Source: Eledone cirrhosa
Lineage: Eukaryota
NCBI GenBank assembly: GCA_964016885.1
Contig: OZ024741.1
Span: forward strand, 148,676,001-148,740,000
Direction: 5' to 3'
DNA length: 64,000 bases
The position numbers and the translations under genes are program-made. Of the stretch, positions 55,965 through 64,000 are shown piece by piece. The notes under the pieces are model-generated. The model ran no database searches, was not told the origin of the DNA, and worked only from the letters and a program-made list of their open reading frames with translations. Position 1 is the first letter of the stretch; every line of letters begins with the position of its first letter.

Positions 55965-56432
55965 CTAGCAGAAAAACCACCCTCCGGGTGGTTTTCTGCT
56001 AGTATGTGTAGTGTGTATATTGATATTATACACAAATATATATGCATGTAAATAAAATCGTAATTGACAATATACACAGAAATTGAATGAAGACTTGTTA
56101 CACTGTCTTCTGTAATCAGTAACGTAATCCATGATACATTTAAAAAAAGACGATAAACTGCATTAGGAGAAAATTAGCGACGGAAATATATGCGATTATA
56201 AGTGTTATAATATAACGGCCGCTAACCGGAAGTGTTGACATTTGACAATGTTAAAGAAGGGAATCTTTAAATAAGCTATAAAATATATTTAATCAACAGC
56301 CACGAATTTAGTAGATAAATTATGTAATATTCATTCATTATTTATTCAAAGTAATCCAACTTATTTTACAAGCGGGGTAAAAAAATATATTCTGGATGCA
56401 GTCCCGCACTCCTTTTTTTATTATAGTTAAGA
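55965..56432 (+). mobile_element. Helitron/Helentron-like non-autonomous element with a fold-back 5' end
   Basis: Begins tactagcagaaaaaccaccc-tcc-gggtggttttctgctagta (hairpin) and ends ttattatagttaagat. Confidence 0.45.
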
Positions 56433-56669
56433 TATTAACTTTTTAACTCTTTTTGTATGAAATTATCCCTGGTTCTATGATATTTTCAAAGGTTTATAAT
56501 TATCTAAAAACTTTCCATCATAATTTTATGTTAGAACATTTATTGAGTCATACTCTAAATACAGTTTAATAATGAGAAAGTTAATAAATTACTTAACATT
56601 CTTGATTATATTCAGAATGATTTGAAAATCATAGGCAATGTTTTTCATTAGAAATGTGGTAACGAAAGA

Positions 56670-57110
56670 AAAATAGTTCCGAAAAAGTTCAGGGAGAAGA
56701 TGAGGAAGAAGATGCTGGAGCATAGGAGAGTGGTGGTTCAACCAGGACAATGCCCCATGTTACAAGTCAATGCTGGTGACACCCTGGATGACCAAGAGGG
56801 GAATAAAAGTGGTGCAACACTCACACTGCAGCCCCAACCTGGCTCCCTGTGACTTCTTCCTGTTCCCATGCATCAAAGACAGTCTTGGGGGAATCAGAGT
56901 CGAGTCAACACAGGAGCTGAAGGAGGCATCAGTGAATTTCCTGATGGGACTGCAGAAGAAGGACTGAGAGGAAGTGTTCTAGGTGTGAGGAAGATGTTTG
57001 CACAAGTGTGTAGATGCGAGAGGTGATTATTTTAAAGGAGACAAAGTTTTGCAAGCTTATGAAAATAATATCTCTCCTTAAATTTTCTCAATACTTATTA
57101 TTGTCCAACA
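56670..57110 (+). mobile_element. mariner transposase C-terminal relic
   Basis: QDNAPC...HSHCSPNLAPCDFFLFP and KCVDARGDYF. Confidence 0.8.
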
Positions 57111-57404
57111 AAGGTACTGAGTAGCTAGCTCTACACAAAAATCCCCATTTATTAACATTAAAATATCCCACCTTTTTTTTTTTATATGCATATATAACCT
57201 GTTGAATCCAATGTTGAGTGGGTTGCACCAGTCCTTATGTTCATATGCTTATGTTTTATATTATTTCATCTGTGCATTAGTAATGCTGTCTTTGTATAAA
57301 TATTGCTTTTTGTGCCATGTTTTCTAAATAATTGCAGGCTTCTTTCACTTGTGCTGTTGGGTTTTGGACATTCTCCTTGTGCTAACACATAAAAATATTG
57401 CACT

Positions 57405-57590
57405 CAGTAGATTTGAAATGCTGACGTGTTGTAGCTTTGAATTGTTGCCATTCAGATGCTTAGAAATGTTGCTGCTCAATAGCTTTGAAATGTTGCCAAG
57501 GAGTAGTTTTGAAATGTTGCTGTACAGTATATTTGAAATGTTACTGCTCAGTAGCTTTGAATTGTTGCTGTTCAGTAGCTTTGAATTTTT
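57405..57590. repeat. 24-bp minisatellite, ~8 degenerate units (cagtagctttgaaatgttgctgct)
   Basis: Seen directly; the 8-aa periodicity is visible in ORF 57349-57615. Confidence 0.85.
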
Positions 57591-58440
57591 TAGGGTAGTA
57601 GTTGAGAAAAATTAGAGGGACCGTTGGCTTTGGTTGTTTCTTCTGCTAATATTTTGGTTTTTGGTCAAATTTACTTTGACTTTTGTTGTCTTAGTTACAT
57701 AATTGGAATAATTAAATTTCCCTTAATTTAAACCAAAGAATTTCATAATAATGATTTCTTTATTAGCTACGCAGGGCTCTAAGGAAGCTCATAATAATAA
57801 AAATGATCATCATAATTTCTTACGTCTGTATTTTAATGCTTGCATGGGTTGGATGAGATTTTTTTGGGTGTTTGTTTTCTAGACAGATGTTAACCCATAC
57901 AACATTCTAAATATGGTATATGGCTCTAACATTTGTCAGTCTACTATATTGTTGAATGTATTGTTTAACTGTTACCACAGGCTTTATAAATGGTGTCAAT
58001 ATTATGTTTGCAGCTACAGATACACACATATATAATCATCAACATTTTTATGTCCAATGGTTCCTTTACAGTTTCTATCTATCAAATTCACATGAAGCAT
58101 TGGTCAGTCTGAGCCTATAGTGAAAGATACATGTTCAAAGTGTTATGCAGTGAAACTGAAACTAATCCAACTGGTTCCGAAGCAAACTTCCCCATAGCCA
58201 CGCTTTTACTAGTAAAGATAAATTCCTAAAATAATAGTTTATGGTGATACAACAGCTCTCCTGTTTTGATAACAAACAATCAGATGACATTTTATTAATA
58301 TTTTCTATACATTAGCTTTATACACTGTATGTTTATAAGGTTATATTGATCTAATAACTCTTCTGTACCTTTGAAAAGAATATCTAACTTTGGCGTTTTA
58401 TTTTCGAAATAACAACCAAATTAATGACAAATTGTTTAAT

Positions 58441-58810
58441 TATAATTGTTTCTACATTTGGCACAAGGCCAGCAATTATACCAGTGTATCACTGGTACTA
58501 TTTTATCGATACCGTAAGGATGAAAGGCAAAGTTAATCTCGGCGGGATTTGAACTCAGATCTTTGCTGCAAAGCATGGCGTCCGACCCTCTACCGATACT
58601 GCCAATCCACCGCCCTAGTATAATTGTTTCTACTTTTGGCACAAGGCCAGCAATTACCCAGTGCATTACTGGTACTTTATTTTATTGACCACGTAAGGAT
58701 GAAAGGCAAAATTAGCCTCAGTGAGATTTGAGCTTAGAATGGCAAGGGCCATAACTCTATGCGTCAAAGCATGGCGTCTGACCCTCTACCGATACTGCTA
58801 ATCCACCGTT
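58441..58810 (-). mobile_element. Two tandem copies (~178-bp period) of a second tRNA-SINE family
   Basis: tataattgtttctac.tttggcacaaggccagcaatt occurs twice. Minus strand GAGTTCAAATCC..actttgcctttcatcctt..tcgataaaatagtacc. Other copies near 52385, 54040-54190 and 59150-59330. Confidence 0.8.
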
Positions 58811-59565
58811 TAATTGTTTAATTATAATGTTACCAGAATTGTTTGTTTATAATGTTACTAGAGTTGTTTAATTATAGAGTTACCAATGTTGTTAGAATTT
58901 TGGATGAACCCTTTTGATACTAAACCACTCCAAACTGGCCCTGGTTATGTGATATAAGATGATAATGAATTAAAACTTTCCATTAGTAAGAACCTTTTGG
59001 ATATATATGTTCCCAAAACTTAATAATGAAACATTAGTAATTGTATTAATTTCCTCGAAATTCTAGATTAGTTTCAAAGCTAATTAAAACACATAAGCAG
59101 TGTAATTCATATATTCAAATATATGGTCATGAAAGGGCTTAAATGCCTTACAATATTTGTCTCAGCTCTCAGTGCTTGAATTTAAATCCTGCTGAGGTTG
59201 ACTTTGCCTTTCATTCTTTCTGGGTCAATAAAGTGCTAGCCAAAGGAGGTGAATTGGCAGAATTGTTAGAGCATCAGCAGGATGCCATCTGTTCTGGCAT
59301 TGTGTGTGTTTTGAGTTCAAATCCTGCTTCATGTCACAGGAAAAATGGTAATATGAAAAGACTGGAGTACCAAGTCATTAAAACACCTTAGAAACCTCCG
59401 TTGAGATACAACCTCATAGAAGGCCAGTTAAAACTGTCAGGTGTGAGATGAATCAACAATAACAGCTAAGGGTTACTTAAGTAATCAGTATCTTACTGTT
59501 GGTGTAATAAAAAGCAAAAACAAATATCTTGGTTATTAACGTGGATCAGACTGATTATAATGCAT

Positions 59566-59570
59566 ACTAG

Positions 59571-59603
<33 letters not shown>

Positions 59604-59814
59604 CCGATCTCTGCCATATTACCTCTAACGCATATAGATTCTTAAGCTTGCAATAAACTATAAGCATGTCAGAAGTTATCTCCTTTCTCTCAACTTAAAA
59701 AAGGGGTTTCCTCCCCTTTTCACTCCTTTATTCTTTATATATGTGTGTGTGTGTGTGTGTGTGTGACGGACGGACAGACAGACGGAAAAACAGCTTTTCT
59801 TTTATGATATAGAT
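59566..59814 (+). mobile_element. DINE-1/HINE-like helitron-related element
   Basis: actag start, (GACG/GACA)n microsatellite, cttttatgatatagat end. Confidence 0.5.
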
Positions 59815-62184
59815 TATATAATCTAGAGAGTTGCTTGTTATATGACAGGTAATTTTGAGGTTATATTTTTATTACTGTGGGTAACATCAGGTAATGTATA
59901 GGTAAAATAATTATAATTTCATGGTGCTTATACAAAATCAATTTGGCCTCTCATAGGAAGTAATTAGCCTAAAAAGGCAATCATAAACATTCTCAAATAC
60001 AAATTTTATGTTCATGTCGTTTTGTATTTTGCTGTAAGCGGAAATAACGTTTAGAAAGAAATACAAAATTCTGGAATGAATACTAATTTTGAAAATGAAA
60101 ATACTTATTGGCTTGAGATTAAAAAACAAATTTCTCATTTAAATATTTGCAATAAATGTTATTAATAAAAAAAATAGTACTTTAATACTCCAATAATGGA
60201 AGGAGGTGGGAATTAATGTTATTAATAAATAAAAAATAAATTTCAATTTAGTTATATTTTCATTATATAAGTTAATTACTCAAATATTTATATGAATAAA
60301 AATAGATAAATGAAGGAACATTCGTTGCCTAGTGATTAGTGTTGGACTCATGATCATAAAGTCACAAGTTTGATTCCTGGCCCAGATGTCATGATATGTT
60401 CTTGAGCAAGATACTTCATTTCAGGCTAGCACTGGGGCCCCTGCTATTAAAACACCTGAGAAACCTCCCATGAGATACAATCACATAGGAAACAGTTAAA
60501 TCTACATAGGTGTTAACTGTAAATTTAACTTAACTTTTTAAAATATTTAATTATTTACCTATCTATTAAAAAAATTACATTATAATTCACCTTTACAAAT
60601 GCTATAATCATTCACTCTTCATTCATATCTTCGTTTTTATACATTCATTGTTTAAGTGAATATTTTTGATGTTCCAAAGGTGCTGGACATACAGAGATTG
60701 CATGCTGTAAATTAATTATATTATTAAATTGAATGGGTTTGTTTCAAATTTATTGCATAAATTTCATTTGAAACCATTGTAAATCAAACTTTATAATTTA
60801 TATATATTTACTTACAATCCCAATACTTGAACCCTAAAAAAATCTGATATTTTCCTGTAATCTTACATGCTCTAAAAACTAAAATTTTCTTTTCAACTGT
60901 TGACCTAAATTTGTCTTACTACTTATCATATCTTACACTGTATTATTTATCAATAGTATTTCATTTTCTTTTGTTCTATTTCACTGTCTTTATTATACCT
61001 GATTCTACTTTAGAAAGGATTTTTATATATATTTTATCTATAACATGTATCTTTGTTGAAACAAAGAAACTTCCTTTGTTAAATACAGACATGAGATTGT
61101 GGTAAAGCAACTTTATAAAGAGGACAAGGTTAAGTATAATATATTGCACTTTAGGGTTATTCTTACATTTTTAATTTAAAAGATTGATTTCTTAGTTTAA
61201 TTTTTCATTACTTGTGCTCCAAAACGGTATAACCGGCTAGAATTCTCTCACCTCTTTCTGTTCAAACTGGCTGTAACCAGCTGCTTATACTGATGTTAAG
61301 GCATTGATCTCAAAATAAATAATATCAAAATCTCATAGATTCGATATTATGTAAGATAATTATGTGAGATAAAACTTTTACTGCGAAAACACAATAGTAA
61401 ATATAGAGTAATGTAAATGCTAAAAGGATGAAGGAAAAAGAAATACAGTTCACCCCTTTGTAGGTTTAGCAGGCTTTATATAAGGTTGCATCTTGTAAAT
61501 ATGTTTCTCGGATGTTTAATTGATAGGGGTACCATTCCTATCATGAAAAACAAAATGAAATGTTTTGCTCAAGAGCACTACATGCCAACACCCTAACCAT
61601 GAGGCCACATATGCTTTCATTCTACAGAAATCTTGTAAACATTAAAACTGTTTCTTATATTTTCATCAAGTTATTACTAGAATTTGAGCTACTATTTTCT
61701 GTGTGAGGATCTTAGATAATCTGGTGATAAAACTGAAGTAGTTTTCACATGGTTTGCTTTTATGTGGAGTGTTTTCATATATCGCTAGTTGTTTTAGCAA
61801 TGGAAATACATGCACAACAAAATTAAATGACAAACGTACTGAAACTGAGTCAGTTAATGTATCAATAAAGAAAAATGCCACACATATATTATATGTATCT
61901 ATTATTGCACGCGTGCACACAAAGTAAAGAGAGAGACAGATAAACCTGTTAGTAGATACAATGCTGAATTATGTCCACAGTCAAAACAACAACAAAAAAA
62001 GAAAGAATTGGCTAAATTGTCAGTGTTTATGTGGGAGACAAATAGAAGTGACTCTTATAGATTATTTAACAATTTTAATGATTATCCCTCCCTGCTTTCT
62101 ACATTTTTTAAAACTATAAAACTATTTTACTATAACATTTCAAATTGCTAATGTTTTAAACATATCTTTATGCTAAATTCACTA

Positions 62185-62530
62185 ACATGGCTGTCTGGTT
62201 AAAGAATTCACTCCTCAGTCACTTTACTTTTGAGTTCAGGCCCACTGTGCGGTACCTTGGGCAAGTGTTTTCTACTGTATCCTTGGATTGATCAACACCA
62301 TGTGAGTGGAATTTGGAGCAGGAACTGTGAAGAGGCCTGTTGTATATATATATATATATATATTGTGTGTGTGTGCATATAAATTTCCCACAACTCAGTG
62401 GTTCAAGAAGAGAGATTGATAAAATAAGTACAAGGCTTGAAAAATATGCACTGGGTTCGATATGATCGACTAAATTAAGATGGTGCCCAGCATGACAGTA
62501 TCGTGACTGTAATCAGTAAAAAAATAAAAG
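62185..62530 (+). mobile_element. Decayed CORE SINE (third family)
   Basis: catggctgtctggttaa head and accttgggcaagtgttttctact CORE. A related copy lies at ~52865-53030. Confidence 0.7.
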
Positions 62531-63429
62531 AGAATGTCTGCAATAGTTATATATTTTGATGGGATTAAACTCAGTATATTACTGGTACTGATTGGCTAAA
62601 GTAAGAAAAGATAAAGGTAATGAAAGAGAATCCACTTTACCCTCTGCACCAATTTAACTGGATAACAATGATAACAGCAAATGTTTTTTTTTCTCCTGAT
62701 TTACTTCATTGTGAAATTTATCAATCATTGATGATTAATTTATTGATATTTTTGTAATACTCGCTACAGTAATATCTGTACCTGTGTGCATTCATTGTGT
62801 GCTAGGTGGGCCATATAGAGATAAACGCCTTCATTACTTCATTTAAACATGCTCTAGTGCACATTACTTTGTTACACACACCCTTCATGGTAACAGATGT
62901 AGTTGTCTAACCAATCAAGCACATTTATTCACACACACACACACACTATCATCATTGTTTTATGTTCTTTCTCCCATGCTGGCATGGACCAGACATGCAC
63001 ACAGACCTACAGAGTTGAAAATCCAGAGTAGAGAACTTTGAATTGGCTTTAATATATATATATCTGTATCCTATCCGCAATGGGAAAGTACCATAGGGCA
63101 TGCACATCTCTCTTTTATACCCCATGACCCCCATCAATGCTTCCTCAGGCAGCTCACTCTGTAAAGTGGTAATGCTAGTGCCTTAATGAAAAGCATCTAG
63201 TCCATCCTTGGTCCCAGCACATACTGTAAACTGGTTGGCATTAAGAAGGGTGTTCAGTCATAGAGAGCAATCCAAAATGGAGCATATGAGTAGGACGTGG
63301 TCACCTGGCCAGTCTAGCCTCGGAATGTGACAGCCTGTCTAACCCATTCAATCATGAAAAATAGAAGTTACATGGTGTTTATATATATATATAAAGCATG
63401 GAAAAGTGGACATAAAAACAATGATGGTG

Positions 63430-63481
<52 letters not shown>

Positions 63482-63482
63482 T

Positions 63483-63931
63483 GAAGGCGCATAGCTTAGT
63501 CGTTAGAGCATTGGGCTTGCAATCGAAAGGTTGTGAGTTCAATACTCGAACCGGACCGGGTGATGTGTTGTTTCCTTGAGCAAAACACTTTATTTCACAT
63601 TGCTCCAGTTTACTCAGCTGTAGAAATGAGATGATAGGACTGAGGTCCCCTATCATTCCACTGCAAAGTGGTCGTGGGGGTGCCACGGCAAAAAAGCACC
63701 CAGCCCACACTGTAAAGTGGACGTGTAGGCGCCATGGAAAAAAGCACCCAGCACTCACTGTAAATGAGCTTGGTGTTAGGAAGGGCATCCAGCTGTAGAA
63801 ATCAAACCAGAATCAGTTCCCGTATGAGCAAGACAAGGTCAGCCAACCGGACACTGCTCACAACAGGACAATCCTGTCTAACCCATGCTAGCGTGGAAGA
63901 ACGGACGTAAAATGGTGATGATGATGGTGAT
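63483..63931 (+). mobile_element. Full-length tRNA/CORE SINE with the long RTE family-B tail
   Basis: tRNA-like head and ccttgagcaaaacac CORE; 63665-63931 matches the reverse complement of RTE 3' UTR 22496-22762. Confidence 0.92.
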
Positions 63932-64000
63932 ACACACACGCACACATATATTTTAATACAAAATCTACCTATCTTACTTTTTTCTGGAGTTGTTAATTTG

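Noticed and set aside
57349-57615. 88-aa ORF, or CRISPR-like array
   Set aside because: It is a contiguous minisatellite with no unique spacers, in a eukaryotic context with no cas genes.
57887-57910. Candidate next exon (acag/ATG TTA ACC...)
   Set aside because: Stop after 7 codons, no MFSPP-like sequence, and it sits in a decayed SINE tail.
63483-63555. tRNA gene-like sequences (also at ~4820-4893, 34500-34570, 41470-41542 and 50907-50975)
   Set aside because: They are SINE heads that continue into CORE and LINE-derived tails, with no complete cloverleaf.

Overview
AT-rich animal genomic DNA, most likely an octopus or other coleoid cephalopod (inferred from the tRNA/CORE-type SINEs with (GAT)n tails, the RTE LINEs and the kilobase (TA)n arrays). 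Only one host exon is recognisable: 79 nt at 11349-11427 (+) encoding ..RMNIATDKELSDLLDFSA. This is the AD1 activation motif of the class I bHLH E-protein (TCF12/TCF4/TCF3 family), and its donor site matches the phase-0 position in vertebrates. The rest looks intronic. About 1-8 kb and 19-49 kb is a dense nest of transposons separated by (TA)n/(TATG)n arrays. It holds two RTE LINE families (one copy has a ~730-codon uninterrupted ORF with a PHD finger inside the RT region), their partner SINEs, a CR1-type LINE, a hAT element, a DD37D Tc1/mariner, and a Penelope-like element (PLE) with inverted pseudo-LTRs. The 9-19 kb and 49-64 kb stretches are older intron sequence with decayed SINEs, piggyBac-like MITEs, mariner and I-clade relics, and helitron-like elements. 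Highlights: many minimal PLE-type hammerhead ribozymes from different families, including a U3-A8 core variant in a 300-bp palindrome; fold-back junctions at hammerhead stem II; a tandem anticodon-arm-like hairpin plus pseudoknot architecture in the RTE/SINE 3' tails; a chimeric RTE; and a ~300-bp microsatellite duplication flanking an insertion. The many Y/I/C/M ORFs in the ORF track are microsatellite artefacts. All calls were made by eye and repeat boundaries are approximate.
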